Below are positions 1 to 9,078 of a DNA stretch of 24,000 nt, one piece after another. This stretch comes from Chelatococcus sp. YT9. Lineage in GTDB: Bacteria > Pseudomonadota > Alphaproteobacteria > Rhizobiales > Beijerinckiaceae. The translations under genes and the position numbers were made by a program. Each line of letters opens with the position of its first letter. The first letter of the stretch is position 1. A model generated the notes under the pieces. It was not told the DNA's origin, made no database searches, and saw only the letters and a program-made list of their open reading frames with translations. The stretch covers positions 22,637-46,636 of the forward strand of contig NZ_JAHBRW010000002.1 of the NCBI RefSeq assembly GCF_018398315.1, read 5' to 3'.

Positions 1-2
1 TA

Positions 3-329
3 TCATGTGCGTATCACCTTCATGCCGTCCTCGACGGGGGTGGAGCAGGCGCGCAGGCGCCCCCTGCCCTGCACGGTGACCCAGCAGTCCTGGCATGCGC
101 CCATCCAGCAGAAACCGGCACGTGGACCATCACCGAACTCGCTCATGCGGACACGGCCATCGACGGCGAGGATCGCGACGAGCAGCGTGTCGCCAACGAG
201 CGCTTCAGTCTTCAAACCGTCCAGCGTGAAGCTGACCGCAGGGCGAGCCGTCTCGGCCAAGCGGATGATCCGCATAGCCTCACCGCCCGCCCCGTCGCGG
301 CGTGCCTTCAGCGCCGCGTGCTCAACCAT
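3..329 (-). CDS. small (2Fe-2S)-binding protein (Fer2_4-like; HcnA / opine-oxidase / sarcosine-oxidase-alpha N-terminal type)
   Basis: Last 108 codons of the 3..677 ORF: MVEHAALK...FTLDG...FCWMGACQDCWVTVQGRGRLRACSTPVEDGMKVIRT, with a C-x4-C-x2-C...C pattern. ATG at 329 has GGAGG 6 nt upstream and overlaps the upstream gene stop (322-324) by 8 nt. The 5' part of the long ORF is Arg/Ala/Ser-rich shadow sequence inside the hyuB-like gene. Confidence 0.7.
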   Translation of the reverse strand: MVEHAALKARRDGAGGEAMRIIRLAETARPAVSFTLDGLKTEALVGDTLLVAILAVDGRVRMSEFGDGPRAGFCWMGACQDCWVTVQGRGRLRACSTPVEDGMKVIRT

Positions 330-1968
330 AGGTGGCCTCCGCCGCCTCGGCCGTGATCGTGCCGTCAGCCACATCGCGGGCGATCGCCTCCCGCGAACGC
401 TCCGCCGCGGGACCATAACCGCCCCCGCCGGGCGTCTGGATGGTGACGATCTGCCCGCGATCGAGCTCGCCCTGGCCGAGCAGAAGCGGCTTCGCGCCCT
501 CGCCGAGATCGAGATGCGAGCCGGAGGCCTTGGCGCCGCCGAAGAGGCCCCAGGGCTGCGAGCGGATGCGCGAGGTGTCGAACTCGATCCGGCAATCGGC
601 TTCGGCGCGGTAGACGCGGCGCAGTCCGAGGCCGCCGCGATGGCGGCCGGCGCCGCCCGAGCCTTCCGCAAGCTCATAGCGCAGCACGGTCAGCGGATAT
701 TCCACCTCCAGCGCCTCCACCGGCAGGTTCGACGTATTCGTCATGTGGACGTGGACCCCGTCGAGACCGTCCTTGTGAGGCCGGGCGCCGAAACCGCCGC
801 CGATGGTCTCGATGTAGATCCAAGGATCGCCGTTCGTGGGCTGCACGCCGCTGAAACAGGCCATCATCACCGTGCCGCAGCAGGCAGCCGTCACCCGTTC
901 GGGCACCGCCTTTGCGAGCGCGCCATGCACGAGATCGACGACACGCTGGCTTGGCCCGATGCGGTTGAACACCGCGGCCGGCGCCTTGGCATTGACGACG
1001 GTTCCGACCGGCGCGGTCACCGTCAGAGCGCGCGAAAGGCCCGCGTTCGGCAGGATGGTCGGATCCACCACGGTCTTCACGGCGTAATAGACCGTAGATA
1101 GAAGCGCAGTATAGGTCATGTTGAAGCCGGCGCGCATCTGCGGCGGCGCATCGAAATGGAGGCGCATCGCATCGCCATCAACAGTCACCGAGATGGACAG
1201 CGGCACCTCGCCGTCGAATTCGGGATTGTCGTAGACATCCGCGAAGGTATATGTCCCGTCCGGAATGGTCGCGATACCCGCGCGCATCTTGCGCTCGGCA
1301 TAGTCCATCAGCGCATCGCCAGCGGACAATACGATATCCCTGCCGTATTTCTCACACAACGCCTGCATGCGCTGCACGCCGAGTCGGTTGGCCGCCATCT
1401 GGGCGCGCAGGTCCGACAGACGCTCGCGCGGCACCTGGCAATTGAGCAGGATGAGATCCTGCACGTCCTTCTGCAACGCGCCGGCGCTGTAAAGCCGGAT
1501 CGGCGGGATGCGGATGCCCTCCTGGTAGATATGGGCGTGGCCGCGATCAGCGAAATCGGAATGGTGAGCGGTATTGATCGCCCACGCCACGATCTCCCTC
1601 TCGACGAAGATGGGCTCCGCGAGCACGATATCCGGCAGATGGGTGCCGCCGCCCTCGTAAGCATCGTTGCCGATGAAGACATCGCCCGGCTGCATCTCCG
1701 CCACCGGAAACCGCTTCGTGATCAGCGGGATCATGGCCAGGAAGGAGCCGAGATGCATCGGGATGTGCTCGGCCTGGCAGAGCGTCTCGCCGTTGATCGT
1801 GAACAGCGCCGTCGAGCAGTCGCGACGCTCCTTGATATTGGTGGAATAGCTGGCGCGGACGAGAGCCTCACCCATCTCTTCCACGATGGAGGAGAGCGCG
1901 CTGCCGATGACCTCGACGGTGATCGGATCGACCGCCACGCGCTGGCGGGGGGCGACAAACTGGTTCAT
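322..1968 (-). CDS. hyuB: hydantoinase B / oxoprolinase family protein (N-methylhydantoinase B / acetone-carboxylase-alpha-like)
   Basis: 548 aa ORF. N-terminus ...DPITVEVIGSALSSIVEEMGEALVRASYSTNIKERRDCSTALF...AEHIPMHLGS is typical of the Hydantoinase_B family. Start overlaps the hyuA-like stop by 4 nt (1965-1968). Confidence 0.9.
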   Translation of the reverse strand: MNQFVAPRQRVAVDPITVEVIGSALSSIVEEMGEALVRASYSTNIKERRDCSTALFTINGETLCQAEHIPMHLGSFLAMIPLITKRFPVAEMQPGDVFIGNDAYEGGGTHLPDIVLAEPIFVEREIVAWAINTAHHSDFADRGHAHIYQEGIRIPPIRLYSAGALQKDVQDLILLNCQVPRERLSDLRAQMAANRLGVQRMQALCEKYGRDIVLSAGDALMDYAERKMRAGIATIPDGTYTFADVYDNPEFDGEVPLSISVTVDGDAMRLHFDAPPQMRAGFNMTYTALLSTVYYAVKTVVDPTILPNAGLSRALTVTAPVGTVVNAKAPAAVFNRIGPSQRVVDLVHGALAKAVPERVTAACCGTVMMACFSGVQPTNGDPWIYIETIGGGFGARPHKDGLDGVHVHMTNTSNLPVEALEVEYPLTVLRYELAEGSGGAGRHRGGLGLRRVYRAEADCRIEFDTSRIRSQPWGLFGGAKASGSHLDLGEGAKPLLLGQGELDRGQIVTIQTPGGGGYGPAAERSREAIARDVADGTITAEAAEATYG

Positions 1969-4016
1969 GCGTCTTCCAGGATCAGGTTGAGATAAGGATC
2001 GACGTGAGCCGACATGCCGGGAAGCACGACGGTGGTCGTGTCCATCTGCTCGACGATGGCCGGCCCCTCGATGCGGTTGCCGGTGGCGAGGGCCTCACGG
2101 GAATAGACGGGGCATGTCACGAAGCCGCCCGCCTCAGGCATCCACACCTCGCGCGATCCAACCCGCGCCGAGGATGCATCCGTACCCTGGTCGCTCATCG
2201 GCTCGAAGCGGGCCTTACGGACGACGCCTGCAGCCTCGACGCGGAAGGTCACGAGCTGGATGGTTTCACCCTCCGCGATGAAGCCATACATGCGTTTGTG
2301 GGCGGCCTCGAAGCCGGCGGCCAGCGCATCAAGCGTCGCCTTGGTGACCGGGCCGTCCGGCAGCGGGATCGAGAGCTCGTAGTTCTGTCCCTGATAGCGC
2401 ATGTCGACGGTGCGCGTCAGCCGGCGCGAGGCCGGAAGGATACCTTCGTTCTCAAGCCACCCGTCGGCGTCCTTGAGGAGGCCGACGAAAGCCTCTTCGA
2501 TCGTCGGCAGGATATCGGCTTTCAGGACCATGAGCCGCGTCGTCGCGAAGTCGGCGCGCAGATCGGTCAGCAGGAGCCCCATGGCGCAGAGAATGCCGGG
2601 ATAGCGCGGAACCAGAATGCGCTTCATATCGAGCTCGCGCGCCAGCCGCGCGGCATGGAGCGGCCCGGCACCGCCGAAGGCCGCGAGGGCGTAGTCCCGC
2701 GGATCATGGCCGCGCTGCACGGAGATGACGCGGATGGCGCGCGCCATATTCGCCGTCACCACCGAAATGATGCCCTGCGCCGTCGCCATGACATCCATGC
2801 CGAGCTTTTCGGCAAGGAGTCCGATCGCGGCCTTGGAGAGATCCTGGCGGATGGCCATGCGGCCGGCGAGCAGATGCGTCGGGTTGAGGGTCTGGAGGAC
2901 GACGTTGGCATCCGTCACAGCCGGTTCCGTCGAGCCCTTGTCGTAGCAGACCGGGCCGGGGAAGGCGCCACAGCTCTGCGGGCCCACCTTCAGCAGTCCA
3001 CCCGTGTCGATATGCGCGATCGAACCGCCGCCCGCCCCGACGGTGTGGATGTCGAGCATGGGCGCCTTGATCGGGTAGCCATGGACGATCGCCTCGCTGG
3101 TGAGGCGACACTGGCCGTCATGCAGAAGGGCGACGTCCGTCGAGGTGCCGCCCATGTCGAAGGTGATGAGGCGCTCCATGCCCGTCATCTGACCGATGGC
3201 CTGGGCCGCGACGACACCCGTGGAGGGGCCCGAGAGCACGGTGCGCACGGGCAAGCGCGCCGCCTGCTCGAAACCGATGACCCCGCCGTTCGATTGCGTG
3301 AGGTGCGGCGCGACTTTCAGTCCGAGCTCCTTGAGCCGGCTCGCCAGTCGATGGATGTATTTCTCCATGACCGGACCTAGATAGGCGTTCACGACCGCAG
3401 TCGACATACGCTCATATTCGCGAAATTCCGGCGCGACTTCATGACCGGCGGAGAGAAATACGTCTGGCAATTCTTCTTTGAGGATCTCGAGAACACGCGC
3501 CTCATGCTCGGCACGCACGAAACCATAGAGAAACGAGATAGCGACGGCGGCGACCCCGGCCTCCTTCAGCGTCTTGGCGGCCTCGCGCACGGCCGTCTCG
3601 TCGAGCGCCGTTTCGATGCGGCCATCGTGGCGGACACGTTCGGGCACCTCCAGGCGCAGCGAGCGCGCGACCAGCACCTCCGGCTTGTCGGCATTGAGAT
3701 CATAGAGGTCCGGCCGCTTCTGACGCCCGATTTCGAGAAGATCGCGGAATCCCTCCGTAGTCACGAGGCCCGTCTTGACACCTTTGTGCTGTATAAGCGC
3801 GTTTGTCCCTACAGTCGTTCCATGTCCCAGATACGCGATAGCGCTCGCCGCAATTCCGATTTTCTCGATTCCTTGCTGAACACCCTCGGAAATACCACGC
3901 GAGGGATCATCCGGCGTCGATGACACCTTCCAGACCACGACCTCGCCGCTGTTGTCCTCGAACATACAAACGTCCGTGAAGGTGCCGCCTGAATCGACGC
4001 CAATTCTCCAGACCAT
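1965..4016 (-). CDS. hyuA: hydantoinase A / oxoprolinase family protein (ATP-dependent, ASKHA fold)
   Basis: 683 aa ORF starting MVWRIGVDSGGTFTDV (ASKHA phosphate-1 motif), later ITFDMGGTSTDV. Length and order (A then B) are typical of HyuA/HyuB pairs. Confidence 0.9.
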   Translation of the reverse strand: MVWRIGVDSGGTFTDVCMFEDNSGEVVVWKVSSTPDDPSRGISEGVQQGIEKIGIAASAIAYLGHGTTVGTNALIQHKGVKTGLVTTEGFRDLLEIGRQKRPDLYDLNADKPEVLVARSLRLEVPERVRHDGRIETALDETAVREAAKTLKEAGVAAVAISFLYGFVRAEHEARVLEILKEELPDVFLSAGHEVAPEFREYERMSTAVVNAYLGPVMEKYIHRLASRLKELGLKVAPHLTQSNGGVIGFEQAARLPVRTVLSGPSTGVVAAQAIGQMTGMERLITFDMGGTSTDVALLHDGQCRLTSEAIVHGYPIKAPMLDIHTVGAGGGSIAHIDTGGLLKVGPQSCGAFPGPVCYDKGSTEPAVTDANVVLQTLNPTHLLAGRMAIRQDLSKAAIGLLAEKLGMDVMATAQGIISVVTANMARAIRVISVQRGHDPRDYALAAFGGAGPLHAARLARELDMKRILVPRYPGILCAMGLLLTDLRADFATTRLMVLKADILPTIEEAFVGLLKDADGWLENEGILPASRRLTRTVDMRYQGQNYELSIPLPDGPVTKATLDALAAGFEAAHKRMYGFIAEGETIQLVTFRVEAAGVVRKARFEPMSDQGTDASSARVGSREVWMPEAGGFVTCPVYSREALATGNRIEGPAIVEQMDTTTVVLPGMSAHVDPYLNLILEDA

Positions 4017-4174
4017 GGCCTTGTCTCTCCTCGGATAGAATCCACAACGGATGCGGACCGCCCACGGGGCCGCAACCCGGCAAAGACCTCGCGTTCGCCA
4101 CGCCGAGCAACGCGCTTGTCGCTGATACGACGCAGGCGTGGGGCCTCAACCGCGCCGGACGCCGCCTCAACACA

Positions 4175-4873
4175 TCAAAGCGTGTGTTCGTAGCGGCAAT
4201 TGACCAATAACTCGGCAACTGCCGCAGTATTCGGAAGCGCTACGATAGTACCCACTAGTCGCGCCAGATCCTCCGCCTGGATCATCTCATCTTGCGCCAC
4301 CGAGGGAACATCAGACGTCATCTCGGTGCTGACGTAACCGGGACAGAGCGCGACGGCACGAATACCATGTTCCCAGCCGGCGCGGCGGATGGCGTGATTC
4401 AGCGCCATCACCGCATGTTTGGACATCTGGTAGCCGACATTGAGGCCCATCACACGCTTGCCCGACAACGATGCGACCGTGACGACACGTCCGCGACCGC
4501 TCTGTTTGAGAACCGGAAATGCCGCCCGCGCAAGACGGAATGGAGCCTTCACATTGATATCGAGGAGGGCGTCGAGCATGGCGTCCTCGGCAGCCTCATC
4601 CTCAGCCTCGAGGCCCACATGGCCAAGGATTCCCGCGTTGAGCACGAGGACATCGAGGCCGCCGAAACGCGCGGCGACGGCCTCAACAAGGGCTTTTTCC
4701 TCACCCCTTTCAGCGTCATAGGCGAAGACGGCGGTGTTCTCGCCGACAAGTTCGTCGGGGATACGGGAGGGGTCGCGGACAGCGAGGGCGATGGAAAAGC
4801 CGTGCCGATGCAATTCGAGTGCGATAGCGCGGCCAATCCCACGGGACGCACCCGTGATCAAGGCAATGCTCAA
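4175..4873 (-). CDS. short-chain dehydrogenase/reductase (SDR) family oxidoreductase
   Basis: Contains ALITGASRGIGRAIA (TGxxxGxG Rossmann motif), NAG, and the YxxxK region (YQMSKHAV). The track ORF runs to 4996, but a TTG at 4873 preceded by purine-rich GAGAGGAAAG (5 nt spacer) gives a normal SDR N-terminus (M-SIALITGAS...). Start is an inference. Confidence 0.8.
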   Translation of the reverse strand: MSIALITGASRGIGRAIALELHRHGFSIALAVRDPSRIPDELVGENTAVFAYDAERGEEKALVEAVAARFGGLDVLVLNAGILGHVGLEAEDEAAEDAMLDALLDINVKAPFRLARAAFPVLKQSGRGRVVTVASLSGKRVMGLNVGYQMSKHAVMALNHAIRRAGWEHGIRAVALCPGYVSTEMTSDVPSVAQDEMIQAEDLARLVGTIVALPNTAAVAELLVNCRYEHTL

Positions 4874-4942
4874 TTCGTCTTTCCTCTCTGGAATTTCCCA
4901 AAAGAGACCAGAGGGGGCCGAACGCGTCAAGACGATTTCGTA

Positions 4943-4957
4943 TGTCAGAACTTGACA
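4943..4957. promoter_or_regulatory. inverted repeat TGTCA-N5-TGACA in the SDR / IclR divergent intergenic region (candidate operator, overlaps a CTTGAC -35-like hexamer)
   Basis: Read directly: tgtcagaacttgaca, 29 nt upstream of the IclR start. Arms are only 5 bp. Confidence 0.2.
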
Positions 4958-4985
4958 GTTATAAGTATTCCGACTATCGGAAACT

Positions 4986-5747
4986 ATGGCTGACAAGACG
5001 ATTTCCGAAACAGTCGAAAAAGCGCTGATCCTGCTGTCCCATCTCGCTGAGGGTGGTCACGATGGTCTTGGCCTCGGAGACGCGGCGGAGCGCGCCGGCA
5101 TCAGCAAGCCAACGGCTCACCGCCTGCTCAATACTCTGGTTCAGCAGGCCTTCGCCGAGCGCCCGCCCTATTCTCGCAACTACCGGCTCGGGCCCGCCAT
5201 TAGCGCGCTTGCACGTGTCGATATCGCAGCCGACCTCCACGGGGAGCGCTGGCGCACCTGCCTTGGGGAGATATCGGCGGGAACCGAGGCGGCCGCCTTT
5301 CTATTCGTGCGGGCGGGTGATGAGGCGCTTTGCGTGGAGGCGAATTTCGGCGCCTTCCTGCTGCCTACACTCTCGTCTGGCATCGGCGGCCGCGTGCCCC
5401 TGGGCTTAGGGCCAGGAAGCATCGCCATCCTGGCAGGCCTCGGCGAGAGCGAAGCCGAGGCCATCCTAGCGCGCAATGCCCCCCGGTTGCGCCTTAGTGC
5501 AACCCGCACGCTCGAAACCTTAAATGGGCAAGTCAAGTCAGCCCGCTGCAACGGCTATGCCTTCGATCCCGGAGAAATACTGGCTGAGGTGCGCGGCGTG
5601 GCTATCGGGGTTGTCCACCATGGCAATTCACTGCCGATGGCTGTCACAACCGCGAGCCTTGCCTCGCGCCTGCCGGAGGATCGCATTTCCGAGACCTGCA
5701 AGCTGATGCGCAAGGCGATAGCCCAGGCCTTGGGTGGGCGCTCTTAA
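4986..5747 (+). CDS. IclR family transcriptional regulator
   Basis: 253 aa. N-terminal wHTH ...VEKALILLSHLAEGG..LGLGDAAERAGISKPTAHRLLNTLV... plus a C-terminal effector-domain-sized region. Divergent from the SDR-hyuAB cluster. Confidence 0.85.
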   Translation: MADKTISETVEKALILLSHLAEGGHDGLGLGDAAERAGISKPTAHRLLNTLVQQAFAERPPYSRNYRLGPAISALARVDIAADLHGERWRTCLGEISAGTEAAAFLFVRAGDEALCVEANFGAFLLPTLSSGIGGRVPLGLGPGSIAILAGLGESEAEAILARNAPRLRLSATRTLETLNGQVKSARCNGYAFDPGEILAEVRGVAIGVVHHGNSLPMAVTTASLASRLPEDRISETCKLMRKAIAQALGGRS

Positions 5748-5973
5748 TCCGCGTCAGGTTTCCCGCCCGGAGACGCAGTCAGCGACAGAATCGCCCGACC
5801 GGAAACAAGACGTTGTGATGGCGTCCCTACTAACCCCGCTTTCAATCACGCGGGGTCCCCTCAAGTACATTGGATAGCAGCATTTTTCAGTCGGGATGAG
5901 GCTTAGCAAGCGCCTGCTAGCAGCCACGATCATGGCCGAGGATCTCACCATTCGAAGGCACGCACCCTTAGAA

Positions 5974-5983
5974 TTATCTATAA
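5974..5983. promoter_or_regulatory. perfect match to the alphaproteobacterial BioR operator consensus TTATMKATAA
   Basis: Sequence TTATCTATAA read directly, 329 nt upstream of the bioB ATG. Consensus recalled from Rodionov & Gelfand 2006 and Feng/Cronan work on BioR. Confidence 0.5.
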
Positions 5984-6170
5984 ACGTGATGGCGACGAAA
6001 AGGCGAGACCGCCTTCTGGCCCAATTCTCCGGCAAGCGGCCAGAATGCGAGGGTCCACTCGCATCAGGTGCTCTTAACGCAGCATTCTTTGTCAAACCGA
6101 GGTAGCTTCGGCCTAACCCCATTGTCATGCCTGCACTAGCGAATATGATTTTAGCGATAGAGATTCGTTT

Positions 6171-6180
6171 TTATAGATTG
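6171..6180. promoter_or_regulatory. BioR-like box (8/10 match) overlapping a TATAGA -10-like hexamer proximal to bioB
   Basis: Sequence TTATAGATTG versus TTATMKATAA, 132 nt upstream of the bioB ATG in an AT-rich stretch (gtttttatagattgttttcacaat). Confidence 0.35.
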
Positions 6181-6311
6181 TTTTCACAATGACGGCATAA
6201 GCCACCCCGCAAGACCAGCGCGACCCCTGCCGCATTGTTGGCCGGCAATCTCACCCGCGGGGAGAATTTGCCCAAACTGACATCGAGGGAAACCTTTCCT
6301 ATGGAGAGCCC

Positions 6312-7310
6312 ATGAACGCCAATTTGCATCTGCGCGCGGCCACCGCGCCGCTCGACGGGGTAAGGCCTCTATGGAGTCTCGAGGACGCGCTAGCGATCTA
6401 CGAAATGCCCTTCAACGACCTGATCTTCCGCGCACAGGTCACTCATCGGGCAAACTTCGATCCAAACAGGGTACAATTGTCTCGGCTGCTTTCGATCAAG
6501 ACCGGCGGTTGCCCGGAGGACTGCGCCTATTGCAGCCAGTCGGCTCGCCATAAATCCGGCCTCAGCGCCTCCAAGTTGATGGACGTGCAGCGGGTCCTGA
6601 CCGAGGCGGCGAAAGCGCGTGACCGCGGCGCCACGCGGTACTGCATGGGCGCCGCTTGGCGTAATCCCAAAGAGCGGGACATGGACGTCGTCACGGCCAT
6701 CGTCAAGGGCGTGAAAGCACTTGGCATGGAGACCTGTATGACACTCGGGATGCTGGATCTCGACCAGGCGTTACGCCTGAAGCGGGCCGGGCTCGACTAC
6801 TACAACCACAACATCGACACTTCCGAGCGGTACTACCCTGAGATTATTACCTCGCACAGCTTCCGCGACCGTTTGAACACGCTTGCGAATGTTCGCGACA
6901 GCGGTATCAAAGTCTGCTGCGGCGGTATCCTCGGGATGGGCGAGGATAAGATCGACCGCGTCGCCATGGTGGTGGTGCTGGCCAACCTTCCCGAGCATCC
7001 CCACAGCGTGCCGATCAACATGTTGATCCCGATCGAAGGTACGCCACTCGCCGATGCGGAACCGGTCGAGCCGATAGACTTCGTGCGCATCATAGCGCTT
7101 GCCCGGATTGTGATGCCGAAGTCGCATGTGCGCCTGTCGGCCGGACGCACCGCAATGAGCGACGAGATGCAGGCGCTGTGCTTCCTCGCCGGCGCCAATT
7201 CGATCTTTGTCGGTGAGACGCTCCTGACCGCCGAAAACCCCGAGGAAGACATGGACCATGCTCTGTTCCGGCGCCTCGGTATCCAGCCGATGGAGCGTGA
7301 CGCCCCATGA
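6312..7310 (+). CDS. bioB: biotin synthase (radical SAM)
   Basis: 332 aa. Radical-SAM [11 protein letters not shown] (CxxxCxxC) motif, YNHNIDTS, and conserved BioB N-terminal region. GGAG lies 5 nt upstream of the ATG. Confidence 0.95.
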   Translation: MNANLHLRAATAPLDGVRPLWSLEDALAIYEMPFNDLIFRAQVTHRANFDPNRVQLSRLLSIKTGGCPEDCAYCSQSARHKSGLSASKLMDVQRVLTEAAKARDRGATRYCMGAAWRNPKERDMDVVTAIVKGVKALGMETCMTLGMLDLDQALRLKRAGLDYYNHNIDTSERYYPEIITSHSFRDRLNTLANVRDSGIKVCCGGILGMGEDKIDRVAMVVVLANLPEHPHSVPINMLIPIEGTPLADAEPVEPIDFVRIIALARIVMPKSHVRLSAGRTAMSDEMQALCFLAGANSIFVGETLLTAENPEEDMDHALFRRLGIQPMERDAP

Positions 7311-8443
7311 ACAGGAAATCTCTGCTCGACCGCTACGAGGTCAGCCTCAGTGGCCTGGCCCGCAAAAGCCGCTTGCGCTCGCTGAGCCGCCGTACCGGGC
7401 TAGATTTTGCTTCCAACGATTATCTCGCGCTTGCGACCAGCGCGCACATTGCCGCCGCCATTGTAACGGCCGTTGCCAACGGCACGCCTGCCGGCGCCAC
7501 AGGTTCGCGTCTGCTGCGCGGCAATGCCAACGAGCACGAAGCGCTGGAGGCTAAGGCTGCCGGTTTCTTCGGCTCCGAGCGTGCGCTGTTCTTCGGCGGA
7601 GGCTATCTGGCCAACTTCGCCGTGCTCACCACCCTTCCCCAGAAGGGCGACCTCGTCGTGCTCGACGCGCTGATGCATGCCAGCGCCCATGAAGGCGCGC
7701 GCGCCGGCCGTGCCGATGTCGTGAAGGTCCCGCACCGCGATGCTGACGCAGTGGACGATGCGATCAATACCTGGCGGGCGAGCGGCGGCCGCGGGCATGC
7801 GTGGATCGTGGCCGAAAGCCTCTACAGTATGGACGGCGACCGGGCGCCGCTGGACGAACTGGCCGCGATCGCCGACCGCCGTGAGGCATTTCTCTTTATC
7901 GACGAGGCGCACGCGACAGGCGTTTACGGCCCTCGTGGCCGCGGGTTGGCTCATCATCTTGAAGGCCGCGAAAATGTCGTGGTGCTTCATACCTGCGGCA
8001 AAGCACTAGGCGCCTGCGGCGCGCTCGTGACGGCGCCTCGCGTACTATGCGATTATCTCGTCAACCGTTGCCGGCCTTTCATTTACGCAACGGCACCGTC
8101 GCCGCTCATGGCGGTCGCGGCTACAGCCGCCCTCGACATCGTCGCCGCGGAGCAAGAACGCCGCGAACGGCTGGCAAATATGGTGATCACGGCAAGCGAG
8201 CAAGCCGAAGCGTTCGGCTTTAAAACAAGCGGATCGCAGATCATGCCAATCATCATCGGCGACAACATCCGTGTGATGGCCCTGGCCGAGGCGCTGCAGG
8301 CTCGCAATTTCGACGTGCGCGGCATCCGCCCGCCGACAGTGCCCGAGGGCACCGCACGCCTCAGGATCTCGCTGACTCTCAATGTGGAGGAGCCGGATCT
8401 TCTTGCTTTGTTTGAAGCATTGTCTGAGGAATGTTCGCGATGA
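7307..8443 (+). CDS. bioF: 8-amino-7-oxononanoate synthase
   Basis: 378 aa alpha-oxoamine synthase: [28 protein letters not shown]-lysine context [12 protein letters not shown] overlap with the bioB stop (7307-7310). Confidence 0.9.
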   Translation: MNRKSLLDRYEVSLSGLARKSRLRSLSRRTGLDFASNDYLALATSAHIAAAIVTAVANGTPAGATGSRLLRGNANEHEALEAKAAGFFGSERALFFGGGYLANFAVLTTLPQKGDLVVLDALMHASAHEGARAGRADVVKVPHRDADAVDDAINTWRASGGRGHAWIVAESLYSMDGDRAPLDELAAIADRREAFLFIDEAHATGVYGPRGRGLAHHLEGRENVVVLHTCGKALGACGALVTAPRVLCDYLVNRCRPFIYATAPSPLMAVAATAALDIVAAEQERRERLANMVITASEQAEAFGFKTSGSQIMPIIIGDNIRVMALAEALQARNFDVRGIRPPTVPEGTARLRISLTLNVEEPDLLALFEALSEECSR

Positions 8444-9078
8444 CGGTCAAGATCGTCGTGACGGGCACGGACACCGGCATTGGCAAGACTGTCTTCGCGG
8501 CAGGTCTCGCCACGCTGCTCGGGGGCATATACTGGAAGCCGGTGCAGTCGGGCGTCGAGGCCGAGATCGACAGCGAGATCGTAGCACGGCTGGCCGGCCT
8601 GCCCAGCGAGCGGATCCTACCCGAGGCGTGGCGTCTGAGAGAACGGCTGTCGCCGCACCGCGCCGCTGAACTCGAAAACGTGGACATCGACGCAGAAGCG
8701 CTTGCCCTGCCCACGACACGGCTGCCTCTTATTGTCGAAGGCGCCGGCGGGTTGATGGTGCCGGTTGATCGGCGCACTCTCTTTATCGACATCTTCGCAC
8801 GTTGGGGGGCTCCGGTTGTGCTCTGCGCCCGCACCGGGCTTGGCACGATCAATCATACGCTTCTATCGATCGAAGCCCAGCGGCATCGCTCCGTTCCACT
8901 TCTAGGTGTGGCCTTCATCGGCGATGAGATGATTGATACGCAGCGCACCATTGCGGAGATGGGCAGAACGCGCGTGCTCGGCCGCCTACCACATCTCGAT
9001 CCTTTGACGCCGAAATCGTTGGCCCAGACTATGCGGGCAAACTTCAATGCCGCCGACTTTCTGAACGCCACACCATGA
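8440..9078 (+). CDS. bioD: dethiobiotin synthetase
   Basis: P-loop VVTGTDTGIGKTV near the N-terminus, about 212 aa. ATG 8440 forms an ATGA overlap with the bioF stop and has GAGGA 9 nt upstream. The track start at 8431 is possible but has no spacer to that RBS. Confidence 0.9.
   Translation: MTVKIVVTGTDTGIGKTVFAAGLATLLGGIYWKPVQSGVEAEIDSEIVARLAGLPSERILPEAWRLRERLSPHRAAELENVDIDAEALALPTTRLPLIVEGAGGLMVPVDRRTLFIDIFARWGAPVVLCARTGLGTINHTLLSIEAQRHRSVPLLGVAFIGDEMIDTQRTIAEMGRTRVLGRLPHLDPLTPKSLAQTMRANFNAADFLNATP

Noticed and set aside
330-677. 5' extension of the 2Fe-2S ORF (track ORF 3..677)
   Set aside because: The extension lies entirely inside the hyuB-like gene in another frame and is Arg/Ser/Ala/Pro junk. 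A well-placed GGAGG-ATG at 329 gives a protein of normal size for this family.
7-1101. 364-aa plus-strand ORF (also 1156..1995 and 2004..3380, 458 aa) opposite the 2Fe-2S/hyuB/hyuA genes
   Set aside because: They lie antisense to ORFs with clear family motifs. The translations are Arg/Ala/Gly/Pro/His-rich and low in complexity, with no recognisable domains. These are typical shadow ORFs of a high-GC genome.
4874-4996. N-terminal 41 codons of the SDR track ORF
   Set aside because: It would place 47 residues before the TGxxxGxG motif and run through the divergent IclR promoter region. A TTG at 4873 with a purine-rich RBS gives the canonical SDR N-terminus.
5754-6128. 124-aa minus-strand ORF and 69-aa plus-strand ORF (5896..6105) in the bioB upstream region
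   Set aside because: No RBS and no recognisable motifs. GC3 of the plus ORF is only about 58% by hand count, with no codon-position contrast. The two ORFs overlap each other, so the region is more likely non-coding regulatory sequence.
6301-6315. Four-codon mini-ORF ATG GAG AGC CCA TGA overlapping the bioB start
   Set aside because: Its sequence is simply the bioB Shine-Dalgarno region (GGAG). There is no evidence for a leader peptide function.
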